Part shown: one piece after another, positions 38,503-47,258 of the stretch
Numbering within the stretch: the stretch's first letter is position 1
Layout of the letters: every line of letters begins with the position of its first letter
DNA from: Myxococcota bacterium
Lineage (GTDB): Bacteria; Myxococcota_A; UBA9160; SZUA-336
Reading direction: 5' to 3'
Assembly: GCA_965247115.1 (NCBI GenBank)
Contig: CBDFGR010000002.1
Location: forward strand, 1,312,001 to 1,376,000
Length of the DNA stretch: 64,000 nucleotides
Notes under the pieces: model-generated
The model's input: the letters and a program-made list of their open reading frames with translations, nothing else
Databases searched by the model: none
What the model was told of the DNA's origin: nothing
Position numbers and translations under genes: made by a program

Positions 38503-39210
38503 ATGGCGAACTCGATCGGACTTCTCAACGAGAAGTCGCTGCACGCACAGCTCAAGCTCTGGTACGCGGATCCGGGAGACCGCTTTGAGGTGCCTGTCGA
38601 CGGGTACATCGTCGACATCGTGCGCGGCGACCTCCTGATCGAGATCCAGACCGGGAGCTTCTCGGCCATCCGACGAAAGCTGCGCTCGCTCCTGGAGGAT
38701 CACGCGCTGCGAGTCGTGTATCCCATCCCGGTCGAGACGTGGATCGTGAAGCTGCCCGCAGGAGCCCCGGGCAAGGGCGGCCGGCGACGCTCGCCCCGCC
38801 GCCGATCTGTCTGTGACGTCTTCTCGGAGCTGGTCGCCTTCCCCGACCTGATCGCGAGGCCCGGCTTTTCGCTCGAGGTGCTGCTGACGCGCGAAGAGGA
38901 GGTACGAGAGCTTGCGCGAGGCCGTCGCCGTCGGCCGTCGTGGCACACGCTCGAGCGGCGGCTCCTTGGCGTCGCGGACCGCTGCATCGTCAGCGAACCC
39001 TCGGATCTCGCGCGCTGGCTCCCGGAGGAGCTGCCCGAGCCGTTCGGGACGGCCGAGCTTGCACGCGCGACCGGGCGCCCACGCTGGCTCGCGCAGAAGA
39101 TGGCCTACTGCATGAGCCGCGCGGGCACAATTTCGGAGGTCGGCCGCGCGGGCCGAGCCAAGCTCTACTCCCGGATTGCGGCAGACGAGTGGAGCCTTCC
39201 TGCGGACTAA
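38503..39210 (+). CDS. Hypothetical protein with PD-(D/E)XK-like motif and C-terminal HTH
   Basis: E..VDGYIVDIVRGDLLIEIQT pattern; C-terminal FGTAELARATG...AQKMAYCM. Confidence 0.6.
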   Translation: MANSIGLLNEKSLHAQLKLWYADPGDRFEVPVDGYIVDIVRGDLLIEIQTGSFSAIRRKLRSLLEDHALRVVYPIPVETWIVKLPAGAPGKGGRRRSPRRRSVCDVFSELVAFPDLIARPGFSLEVLLTREEEVRELARGRRRRPSWHTLERRLLGVADRCIVSEPSDLARWLPEELPEPFGTAELARATGRPRWLAQKMAYCMSRAGTISEVGRAGRAKLYSRIAADEWSLPAD

Positions 39211-39228
39211 GCTGAGGAGATCCCGCTG

Positions 39229-39621
39229 CTAGCTCGTGGGAAACTCTCTGTGTTGCGGTGCATCATCGGCAATGTCCACCCACGCTGCCTTCGACCCGAC
39301 AAAGTAGTGAGCACTGATCCTGACACCGGGATCATCATCGAGGATACCCGCCGGTATGGCTACCTGTTCCCCCAAGGCCATGGGCAGATTCGCACCGCAT
39401 ACCTTGCAGAAACTTCTCACTCCTTGTTCTGAAGATTGGTACTTGCTGACCAAATCCTCACCCTGAACAATCTTGTAATCGTCGGTCCGACAAGTCGCAA
39501 AGGTCGCGAAGGCAGCGCCATGGGCCTTGCGGCACATGGAACAGTGACAATTCATCATGTCGCCGAAATCACCGCTTATCTCGAATCTGAAGCCCTGACA
39601 TAAACAACTGCCGCGAACCAT
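39229..39621 (-). CDS. GFA/CENP-V family zinc protein
   Basis: GSCLC, CHCSMCRK and FCKVCG motifs; GGAGG SD. Confidence 0.9.
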   Translation of the reverse strand: MVRGSCLCQGFRFEISGDFGDMMNCHCSMCRKAHGAAFATFATCRTDDYKIVQGEDLVSKYQSSEQGVRSFCKVCGANLPMALGEQVAIPAGILDDDPGVRISAHYFVGSKAAWVDIADDAPQHREFPTS

Positions 39622-39836
39622 AAATCCTCCCGATGTCATTATCGTGGTTGGGTTACGTTGCTACCACTCTCCCAGCTTCTGTCGAGCTGAGCCGCGGATG
39701 CGTATGCTGAACGAGCACCCGAGACGGCTCCACCGAGCGGTGCCGACCTGGAGGTGCCAGCGATTCGCTTGACAGGAGAACACCGATGACGCGACCAGAG
39801 GCTCTGAGACAGGACGGATTTCCATCGAGCACGCAG

Positions 39837-40514
39837 ATGCTCCAGAAGATCGGCGCGGAGATGGTGGGGACCTTTGCGCTCGTGTTCGCAGGCTGCGGTG
39901 CCACCATGATCGATGCGATCACGGGCGGGACCATCTCTCACCTCGGTGTCGGGCTGGCCTTCGGGCTCGTGATCATGGTCATGGTCTGTGCGACCGGCCA
40001 TATCTCGGGCGCCCACTTCAATCCAGCCGTAACGCTCGCGTTCGCAGCGACGGGCGGCTTTCCCTGGCGCGAGGTTCCTGGCTACCTCGCGGGCCAGGTC
40101 GTCGCGGCTGTCCTCGCAGCGGCCAGCTTGCTCGCGATCCTGGGCAGCGCTGCCGATCTCGGCGCCACGTCTCCTGTCGGGGCTCATGAGCAATCGTTCG
40201 CGCTCGAGGTTGTGCTCACGTTCTTCCTCATGTTCGTGATCACCGCAGTAGCCACTGATGCGCGCGCGATCGGGCAGATGGCAGCGTGGGCCATCGGCGG
40301 GACCGTGGCGGTGGGGTCGATCTTCGGCGGACCGATCTCGGGCGCGTCCATGAATCCCGCTCGGTCGCTCGGACCAGGTCTGGTGAGCGGCCAGCCTCTG
40401 GAGGAGCTCTGGATCTACCTTGCGGCCCCCGTCCTGGGTGCGCTCGCTGGCGCTGCCACCTACGCCACGATCCGCTGTGGAGGCGAGAAGAAGTCCGCCA
40501 GAGGATGCTGCTAG
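39837..40514 (+). CDS. MIP family channel (aquaporin/aquaglyceroporin)
   Basis: SGAHFNPAVT and GASMNPARSLG; start could be 39786. Confidence 0.93.
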   Translation: MLQKIGAEMVGTFALVFAGCGATMIDAITGGTISHLGVGLAFGLVIMVMVCATGHISGAHFNPAVTLAFAATGGFPWREVPGYLAGQVVAAVLAAASLLAILGSAADLGATSPVGAHEQSFALEVVLTFFLMFVITAVATDARAIGQMAAWAIGGTVAVGSIFGGPISGASMNPARSLGPGLVSGQPLEELWIYLAAPVLGALAGAATYATIRCGGEKKSARGCC

Positions 40515-40610
40515 GATCCGCAGCCCAATTCAGACTGGGAGGTCACGTCGAAGGACTCGGCTGCTGCTTCGGTTTCCTCTCTTGCGAAAGCGTGCGACCG
40601 CCGGTCCTCC

Positions 40611-42020
40611 TTACTCGGCGGCCTGGACGATCTGGTCGATCTGGTCCTTCATCCACCGCGGCTTGCTCCTGGCGTGCTTGCGGACGTAATCCTGGTCGGG
40701 CAGACGGGGATCCGACCAAATCACCAGGGGCTTCTCCCAGGAATAGGTCGTCGGCTCGGGCAGTGGTGTCGTGGTATCGACGATCTCACCGTCCTTCATG
40801 ATGACCTCGAGCCGCTCCGGATCCTGGAGCACCTGGATGTCTGCGAGCGGATCGCCGTCGACCACCAGGATGTCCGCGAGTTTGCCCTCCTCGAGGGTGC
40901 CGATCTGATCCTGCATACCGAGGGCGAAGGCGGCGTTGTAGGTGCCGGCGCGGATCGCCTCCATACTGTTCATGCCGAGATAGTGCATCATGTGCTCCAT
41001 CTCGCGCGCGTGCCAGGCGCCGTAGGGCACCGCCACCTGTCCGCTGTCGGTGCCGGCCATCAGCATGACGCCTTCCTTGTGCGCCTTGGACAGAATCTTG
41101 CTGGCGGCCTCGACCTCGCGCTTGTAGCCGTCCGTGACCATCGGGTGCTGGCCGAGCTCCGGCCCCCACTCGATGGAGTTGACCAGGAGGCTCAATGTCG
41201 GGTTGATCGGCGTCCCGCAGTCGATGACCACGCCCAATTCCTCGTCGTTCATGTAGGAGGCGTGGATCAGCCAGTCGAACCCGGCGCGGGCCGCGGCGGC
41301 TGTCTTCTCGCCGGAGCGGGCGTGGATCGTACAGGTTTTCTGCATTAGGTGCGTCACTTCCGAGATGGCGCGGAGATCGTCCTCGGTGATGCTGCCGACC
41401 AGCGCCATGCCCGATGGCGTCGAGGTATCACCATCGCCCGACACCTTGACGATATCGACTCCGTTTTTAATCTCCTCCCGCGTTTGCGCGATCATCTCGT
41501 CCCGCGTGTTGCAGAGCACGGCAAAGGAGGATTTCGGATGCTCCATCGAGGTCGGGAAGAACGAACCGGTCCCGTTCCATGTGGAGATGTAGTGACTGCC
41601 GGCGGCGATGCGCGGCCCTTCGATCAGGCCCGAGTTGACGGCGTCACGCAGCGCGACGTTGATGTTCCAGTTGCCGCCCGGACAGGCCATGGCGGTGACC
41701 CCGGCCCGCAACACCTTGCGACAGGCGAGCGCGGCACGCAGGGTGCGGTACTCGACGCCCGTGTAGAGCTCGAGCGCCTCGATGGACGTGATATCGCCGT
41801 AGGACGGGTGGACGTGGCAGTCGACGATGCCCGGCATGATCGTCCGCCCGGAGGCGTCTATCGTCTTGTAGACGCCCTTCGTGTCCGCGAAGGCCTTGAC
41901 CTTCTCCTTCGGCCCGGTCTTGGCGATGCGATTGCCTTCGACGAAGACGGACGAGTTGGGCGAGAGCTTGCTCCCGGTCACATCGAGGAGCTTGCCGTTC
42001 TCGATCAGATAGTCGGCCAT
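40611..42020 (-). CDS. Metal-dependent amidohydrolase (Xaa-Pro dipeptidase-like subgroup)
   Basis: MPGIVDCHVH, GVDIVK, IHA, AGTDSG and GKLADILVVDGDPL motifs; AAGGAGG SD. Confidence 0.9.
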   Translation of the reverse strand: MADYLIENGKLLDVTGSKLSPNSSVFVEGNRIAKTGPKEKVKAFADTKGVYKTIDASGRTIMPGIVDCHVHPSYGDITSIEALELYTGVEYRTLRAALACRKVLRAGVTAMACPGGNWNINVALRDAVNSGLIEGPRIAAGSHYISTWNGTGSFFPTSMEHPKSSFAVLCNTRDEMIAQTREEIKNGVDIVKVSGDGDTSTPSGMALVGSITEDDLRAISEVTHLMQKTCTIHARSGEKTAAAARAGFDWLIHASYMNDEELGVVIDCGTPINPTLSLLVNSIEWGPELGQHPMVTDGYKREVEAASKILSKAHKEGVMLMAGTDSGQVAVPYGAWHAREMEHMMHYLGMNSMEAIRAGTYNAAFALGMQDQIGTLEEGKLADILVVDGDPLADIQVLQDPERLEVIMKDGEIVDTTTPLPEPTTYSWEKPLVIWSDPRLPDQDYVRKHARSKPRWMKDQIDQIVQAAE

Positions 42021-42153
42021 GTTCTGATCCTCCTTGGCGTGCCCGATCAGGGCCGACCGCAGCCTATCCCGTCGGGCGACGAGTTTTGACAGTATCACGA
42101 GCGCCCCCTCCCACTCGTCTGTTTCTGCGAGATGGAGCGCCGAGCCAACTATC

Positions 42154-42231
42154 TGGTGTCCCCAGGGGGATTTGAACCCCCGTTACCGGCGTGAAAGGCC
42201 GGGGTCCTGGGCCAGGCTAGACGATGGGGAC
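42154..42231 (-). tRNA. tRNA-Glu (anticodon UUC), CCA encoded
   Basis: rc GTCCCCATCGTCTAGCCTGGCCCAGGAC-CCGGC-CTTTCAC-GCCGG-...GGTTCAAATCC..TGGGGAC-A-CCA folds as a cloverleaf. Confidence 0.97.
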
Positions 42232-42301
42232 GAGAGGTCGGGCAAGGTAGCCACGGGCTCACGGAGCCGTCAATCGAACCTGGTCTACTGGGCGGAGAAG
42301 A

Positions 42302-42985
42302 TCAGGACAGAGCTTCGGCGCATTGGGGGCACAGGGTAGATCCGGGGCGGCCGGTGGCGGAGATGCCGAGGTAGCCCTGGTCGCCACGGGCCAGCGAGCG
42401 GGAGCAACCCTCACAGGTCTTGCCGACGTTCAGCACGAAGGGCTGCCAGCCGACAATGCCGGGGAAGTCGGGGACCTCCGGCCGGCTCGCTGCCTGCTCG
42501 GGCTCCTGCTCGCCCGAGACTGGAGTCTCTGGAGCGGGCTCCGCCCCGGAGCCTCGGCTCTCGGACCACGGTCGCGACTCCCTCGAAGCTTCTGCTCTGG
42601 TGCGGGCTTCGCGGCTGCGATCCCTGGCCTCGCGTCTGGCGCGCCGAACGCGCTCGCGAGCGCCCTGGACGGCCTCTCCGGCCTGCTCGCGCCAATCGTC
42701 AGAAAAGCGCTCCCGAAAGCCCTGGGCCTCGTCCACCACGTCGTTCACCAGGTCCCCGATGCTCTCGGTCACGCTTTCGACTACTTCGAAGGCATCCTCG
42801 AGCAGGTTCCGGACGAGGTTCGAGACCGGCACGCGCAGGTCCTCTGAGGCCCGCCGCAGGGCTTCGTCGAGATCCTCGGAGATCCTGGTGTGCATCACCC
42901 TCTCCTTGCGGCGCCGTCGATGGCGGTGCCTGCCGCGGTGCGACCTCTCCTCTCCGCTGCTGCTGTCTCGTCGATCTTCATACAT
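42302..42985 (-). CDS. Hypothetical protein: RHH-like N-domain, coiled coil, C-terminal CxxC..CxxC zinc ribbon
   Basis: VMHTRISEDLDEALRRASEDLRVPVSNLVRNLLE; CEGC and CPQC. Confidence 0.7.
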   Translation of the reverse strand: MYEDRRDSSSGEERSHRGRHRHRRRRKERVMHTRISEDLDEALRRASEDLRVPVSNLVRNLLEDAFEVVESVTESIGDLVNDVVDEAQGFRERFSDDWREQAGEAVQGARERVRRARREARDRSREARTRAEASRESRPWSESRGSGAEPAPETPVSGEQEPEQAASRPEVPDFPGIVGWQPFVLNVGKTCEGCSRSLARGDQGYLGISATGRPGSTLCPQCAEALS

Positions 42986-43051
42986 GTATCTCTTTGTATC
43001 ACATCGTGAGACATACGCAACGCGCGCGCAGGGGCGGGGGTCCAGCTCCGC

Positions 43052-43078
43052 TCAACTGGCGCCAGGCGGGGCCGATAA
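43052..43078 (+). promoter_or_regulatory. Sigma-28 (FliA) promoter
   Basis: TCAA-N15-GCCGATAA versus consensus TAAA-N15-GCCGATAA, upstream of the flagellin gene. Confidence 0.85.
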
Positions 43079-43129
43079 GGACATCAGGCGGGTCCGGGAG
43101 GACGGCCAGCCGCAGGAGCTCACAGAGAC

Positions 43130-43930
43130 ATGGCTATCGGAATCCGACCCGCTTCGCGCAGCAACGCACTCGACAGGACCCAGGAAGCCCTGAAGAAGAC
43201 TTTCGAGCAGCTGAGCTCGCTCAAGCGGATCAACAGGGCACAGGACGACGCCGCCGGTCTTGCGATCTCGGAGAATCTGCGGGCCGCCGAGCGCAGCTTT
43301 GCGCAGGGAGAGCGCAACCTGGCGGACGGCATCTCGGTCGCGCGCACCGCCGAAGGCGGCCTGAGCAACATCTCGGACTCCTTGGTCCGCATGCGGGAGC
43401 TCTCCGTCCAGGCCGGAAACGGCGCCCTCGACGACTCCGCTCGAGCGGCCATCCAGACCGAGTTCGACTCGCTGAGCGCAGAGATCACGCGCACCGCCGG
43501 CGCCACGCAGTTCGCCGGGCGCGGCCTGCTGAACGGCGAGAGCGCCTCTCCAGACTCGATTCAGCTGCGTGACGGGACGGGCGGCGAGGTCCTGGAGATC
43601 TCCCTCGACAGTGCCAGCGCAGCCTCGCTCGGGGTGGAAGGGCTCGACGCCTCCGACCCGGCGTCGCTCGAGGCCATCGACCAGGCGCTCTCGAGCGTCT
43701 CGTCCGCGCGAGGCAACCTGGGCGCCGTCGAGAGTCGCCTGGAATCGGGCATCCGCAACCTCCAGAATGCGCGCGAGAACACCGCGGCCGCAAAGTCGCG
43801 GATCACGGACGTGGACGTTGCGGAGGCCGCGGCCGAGCTGACCAAGCAGCAGATCCTGCAGGAGATGCAGCTCTCGGTCGAGACGCAGGCCAACATTTCG
43901 GCCGGCTTCGCCCTTCAGTTGTTGCGCTAG
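43130..43930 (+). CDS. fliC: Flagellin (short, 266 aa)
   Basis: LSSLKRINRAQDDAAGLAISE, RMRELSVQAGNG, RGNLGAVESRL and SRITDVDVA motifs. Confidence 0.92.
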   Translation: MAIGIRPASRSNALDRTQEALKKTFEQLSSLKRINRAQDDAAGLAISENLRAAERSFAQGERNLADGISVARTAEGGLSNISDSLVRMRELSVQAGNGALDDSARAAIQTEFDSLSAEITRTAGATQFAGRGLLNGESASPDSIQLRDGTGGEVLEISLDSASAASLGVEGLDASDPASLEAIDQALSSVSSARGNLGAVESRLESGIRNLQNARENTAAAKSRITDVDVAEAAAELTKQQILQEMQLSVETQANISAGFALQLLR

Positions 43931-43948
43931 GCCGCTAGCTTCTGGGGC

Positions 43949-44266
43949 GTGAGCTCCAACGAGGCAGCCTTCTCCGTGGGCCAGCTGGTTCGCCACCGGC
44001 TGTTCGGCTACCGAGGCGTCGTCTACGACGTCGACGCCAGCTTCCTGCTGTCGGACGAGTGGTACGAGCAGGTGGCGCGCTCACGCCCGCCGAAGGACCG
44101 GCCGTGGTACCACGTGCTAGTCGACACAGGGAGCCAAACGACGTACGTCGCGCAGCGCAATCTGGAGGCGGACGAGAGCAGCGAGCCGATCGATCACCCA
44201 CTGGTGCCGCAGCTGTTCGGGCGATTTCGGGAAGGGCGCTACGAACCCGGTCGGAAGCTAAACTAG
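43949..44266 (+). CDS. hspQ: Heat shock protein HspQ (YccV family)
   Basis: FSVGQLVRHRLFGYRGVV, PWYHVLV and YVAQRNL motifs. Confidence 0.9.
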   Translation: MSSNEAAFSVGQLVRHRLFGYRGVVYDVDASFLLSDEWYEQVARSRPPKDRPWYHVLVDTGSQTTYVAQRNLEADESSEPIDHPLVPQLFGRFREGRYEPGRKLN

Positions 44267-45618
44267 GAGCCGGCGACGGTCATGCGCGCGATGCGCACGG
44301 CCGGAGAGGCGACGGCGCCAAACCAGCGCAGCTCCCGGCCGACGGCGTCGATGCCCGTCAGCATCTCCCCGAAGTTGCCAGCGATCGTGATCTCATCCAC
44401 GGGGCCCGTGATCTCCCCGTTCTCGATCCAGAGCCCCGCCGCTCCCCGCGAGTAGTCGCCGGTCACGGGGTTGAAGCCGAAGCCGATCAGCTCGGTCACG
44501 AGCAGCCCTCTATCGGTGCCTGCGATGATCTCGTCCTCTGTCAGATTGCCGGGCTCCAGCCAGAGGTTCGTGGTGGAGGCGCTCGGACCACTGCCCGCAC
44601 TGCGTGCCGCACTGCCGGTCGACGCGAGCTCGAGCTTGCGGGCCGAGTAGCTGTCGAGCAGGTAGGTCTCGAGCACACCGCGCTCCACGATCACGTTCCG
44701 CCGCGTAGGCTGGCCCTCGGCGTCGAACGGCTTGCTGCCAAGATGTCCCGACAGGCGACCGTCGTCGATGATCGTAATGCCGTCGCTCGCGATGGTCTCG
44801 CCGAGCTTGCCCGCAAGAAACGAGGTTCCGCGGTACACGGAGTAGCCGTTGACGCACTGCGCGAGCTGACGCAGCAGGCTGGGAGCGGTCAGCGCATCGA
44901 AGATGACAGGAACCTCGCAAGTCGCAACGGCCTTTGCGCCAAGGCGGCGCAGCGCGCGCTCGGCCGCGTGCCGACCGACGCTCGCAGGCTCTTCCAGATC
45001 TCCGAGCTTGCGGGCCACCGTCATCCAGTAGTCGCGCTGCATCGTGCCGTTCTCGCGCGCGAGCGGCTCGCTGAACATCGAGTGGTGCGCCGACTCGTAC
45101 TCGCCAAGGAATCCCGCCGTGTTCGCGTAGGCGACGTGCGAGAAGCTCGCGCTCACCTGGCTCCCTTCCGAGTTCACGATGCGCAGATCGAGCGCGCGGG
45201 CCGCCTCCTCTGCGAGCCGCGCTGCAGCGATGCGCTCGTCTGCCTCGACGGGGCGATCGGTCGGCTCGAACAGATCGAGGTCCGGAACGTCGCTCGCGAA
45301 GCCAGCGTCGGGGAGCCCGGCCATCGGATCCTCTTCGGTTGCCTTCGCCAGGGCGATGGTCTCTTCCGCGATATGCCCGACCACGTCCGGCGACAGGTCA
45401 GACGTGGAGGTGAGCGCGGTGCGCAGACCGGACTTGCCCTGCACGAAGGCGCGCAGCCCCAGCGTCTTGTCGCGCGCCTGCTTCACAAAATCGATCTCGG
45501 ACCCGCGCACCCGGGCCTCGAGGACTTCGCCCGAGACCAGGACCGCGTCCGCAGCCGAGGCGCCCGCGCGCCGTACTGTCGCCAGTGCGAGCTCGAGCGA
45601 GTCGCTCTCGAACGACAT
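44263..45618 (-). CDS. pmbA: TldE/PmbA family protein
   Basis: PFDAEG, TGSAAR, NPVTGDYSRG and ITIAGN motifs; no HExxH; downstream of tldD. Confidence 0.9.
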   Translation of the reverse strand: MSFESDSLELALATVRRAGASAADAVLVSGEVLEARVRGSEIDFVKQARDKTLGLRAFVQGKSGLRTALTSTSDLSPDVVGHIAEETIALAKATEEDPMAGLPDAGFASDVPDLDLFEPTDRPVEADERIAAARLAEEAARALDLRIVNSEGSQVSASFSHVAYANTAGFLGEYESAHHSMFSEPLARENGTMQRDYWMTVARKLGDLEEPASVGRHAAERALRRLGAKAVATCEVPVIFDALTAPSLLRQLAQCVNGYSVYRGTSFLAGKLGETIASDGITIIDDGRLSGHLGSKPFDAEGQPTRRNVIVERGVLETYLLDSYSARKLELASTGSAARSAGSGPSASTTNLWLEPGNLTEDEIIAGTDRGLLVTELIGFGFNPVTGDYSRGAAGLWIENGEITGPVDEITIAGNFGEMLTGIDAVGRELRWFGAVASPAVRIARMTVAGS

Positions 45619-45620
45619 GT

Positions 45621-47075
45621 CTAGCCCTCCGTGCCGCCGACGGTAAGCCCGTCGATCCGAAGAGTCGGAAGGCCCACACCCACGGGAACGCCCTGGCCTT
45701 CCTTGCCGCAGGTCCCGATGCCAAGGTCGAGTTCCAGATCGTGGCCGATGCGGCTCACGCGCATGAGCACGTCAGGCCCGTTGCCGATGAGCGTGGCGCC
45801 CTTGAGCGGCGCACCGATGCGTCCGTCCTCGATCCTGTAGGCCTCGCTGGCCGAGAATACGAATTTCCCGCTCGTGATATCGACCTGCCCACCGCCGAAC
45901 GAGACGGCGTAGACGCCGTTCTGGACCGAGCGGATGATGTCCTCGGGATCCTCCGTGCCGGCGAGCATGAACGTGTTCGTCATGCGCGGCATGGGTAGAT
46001 GCTCGTAGCTCTCCCTGCGCCCGTTCCCGGTCGGCTCCATCCCCATCAAGCGCGCGTTCAGCCGGTCCTGGAGGTAGCCCCGGAGAATGCCGTCTTCGAT
46101 CAAGACGTTCCGCTGGGTCGGCGTGCCCTCGTCGTCGACGTTCAACGAGCCCCGCCGCGCCGCGATCGTCCCGTCGTCGATCACGGTGACGCCCGGAGCC
46201 GCAACGCGCTCGCCGAGCCGATCCGTAAAGGCCGAGGTCTTCTTGCGATTGAAATCACCTTCGAGGCCATGGCCGATGGCCTCGTGCAGCAGGATGCCGG
46301 GCCAGCCAGGTCCGAGCACGACATCGAGTGTGCCCGCGGGGCACGGCACGGACTCCAGATTCGTCAGCGCGAGGCGGACGGCGTCGTCGATGAGCGGCTT
46401 CCAGGACGCCGGATCCTCGAGCCGTTCGAGCTCGTAGCGCCCCCCCATGCCCTGCATCCCCACCTCGCGCCGCTTGCCGTCGAGCGCCACGACTTGCACG
46501 TTCAGGCGCACGAGCGGGCGGATGTCTCCGACCAGCTCCCCCTCGCTGTCGGCCATGAGCACGTGCTTCTGCTCGCAGGTCAGGCTCGCCATGACCTCCT
46601 GCACTCTCGAGTCACGGCTGCGCGCGTACCTGTCGATCTGCGTGAGCAGCCCCACCTTTCTCTCGACGGGAGCCTCCGTGCCAGGCTGGGCGACGGGATA
46701 CAGGTCCTGGCGCGGCGCGCCGGACCCGCGCACCGCCAGCGAACGCTCCGCCCCCTGGCCCTCCGCGATCGCCCGAGCCGTCGAGGCTGCGAGCTGGACG
46801 GAGTCCACGGTGATCTCGTCGGAGTGTGCGTAGCCCTGGCGTTCTCCGCTCGTGGCACGGACGCCCACGCCCTGCTCCAGGTGGCGGCTGCCGCCCTTCA
46901 CGATGCCTTCCTCGAGCAACACCGAGTCGCTCGTCGTGTACTCGAAGTACAGATCCGCTCGATCGACAGGACGCTCCAGCGCGGTATCGAGGGCGGAGGT
47001 CAGGCTGCGGTCGTCCAGCCCGAAGCGCTCCCGGAAGAACGGCAGGGGGGTGATCGAGGGCGCGGAGTCGGACAT
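45621..47075 (-). CDS. tldD: Metalloprotease TldD
   Basis: GILLHEAIGHGLEGDFNRK, PMPRMTNT and GTCGKEGQGVPV motifs. Confidence 0.95.
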   Translation of the reverse strand: MSDSAPSITPLPFFRERFGLDDRSLTSALDTALERPVDRADLYFEYTTSDSVLLEEGIVKGGSRHLEQGVGVRATSGERQGYAHSDEITVDSVQLAASTARAIAEGQGAERSLAVRGSGAPRQDLYPVAQPGTEAPVERKVGLLTQIDRYARSRDSRVQEVMASLTCEQKHVLMADSEGELVGDIRPLVRLNVQVVALDGKRREVGMQGMGGRYELERLEDPASWKPLIDDAVRLALTNLESVPCPAGTLDVVLGPGWPGILLHEAIGHGLEGDFNRKKTSAFTDRLGERVAAPGVTVIDDGTIAARRGSLNVDDEGTPTQRNVLIEDGILRGYLQDRLNARLMGMEPTGNGRRESYEHLPMPRMTNTFMLAGTEDPEDIIRSVQNGVYAVSFGGGQVDITSGKFVFSASEAYRIEDGRIGAPLKGATLIGNGPDVLMRVSRIGHDLELDLGIGTCGKEGQGVPVGVGLPTLRIDGLTVGGTEG

Positions 47076-47258
47076 GCTTCCTCCCTTCGAGACGCGAGCA
47101 ACGTAGCACTTCCCGAAGCTCCGCCGGAATGACAGACTCGCCAGCTGCGGATTCCGAAGGATCGTCGACGCTCGCCGCACCGTGCACAACCGGGCGATTT
47201 CGGGTGCTGCGTTGCAGGAGTTTCCGACGTATCATCGCCGATCTCGGAGGCCCACCGG

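Noticed and set aside
39640..39760. Integron attC site next to the low-GC GFA gene
   Set aside because: No matching RYYYAAC...GTTRRRY core pair could be identified
39200..42231. Genomic island integrated at the tRNA-Glu 3' end
   Set aside because: No integrase and no duplicated tRNA 3' end (att site) seen in the window
44263..47075. TldD/E as part of a RiPP (microcin-like) cluster
   Set aside because: No precursor peptide, YcaO or exporter adjacent; looks like the housekeeping tldD-pmbA pair
47076..47258. Cobalamin or SAM riboswitch upstream of metH
   Set aside because: Short divergent spacer with a -10-like TATCAT close to the start and no recognisable B12-box or S-box core
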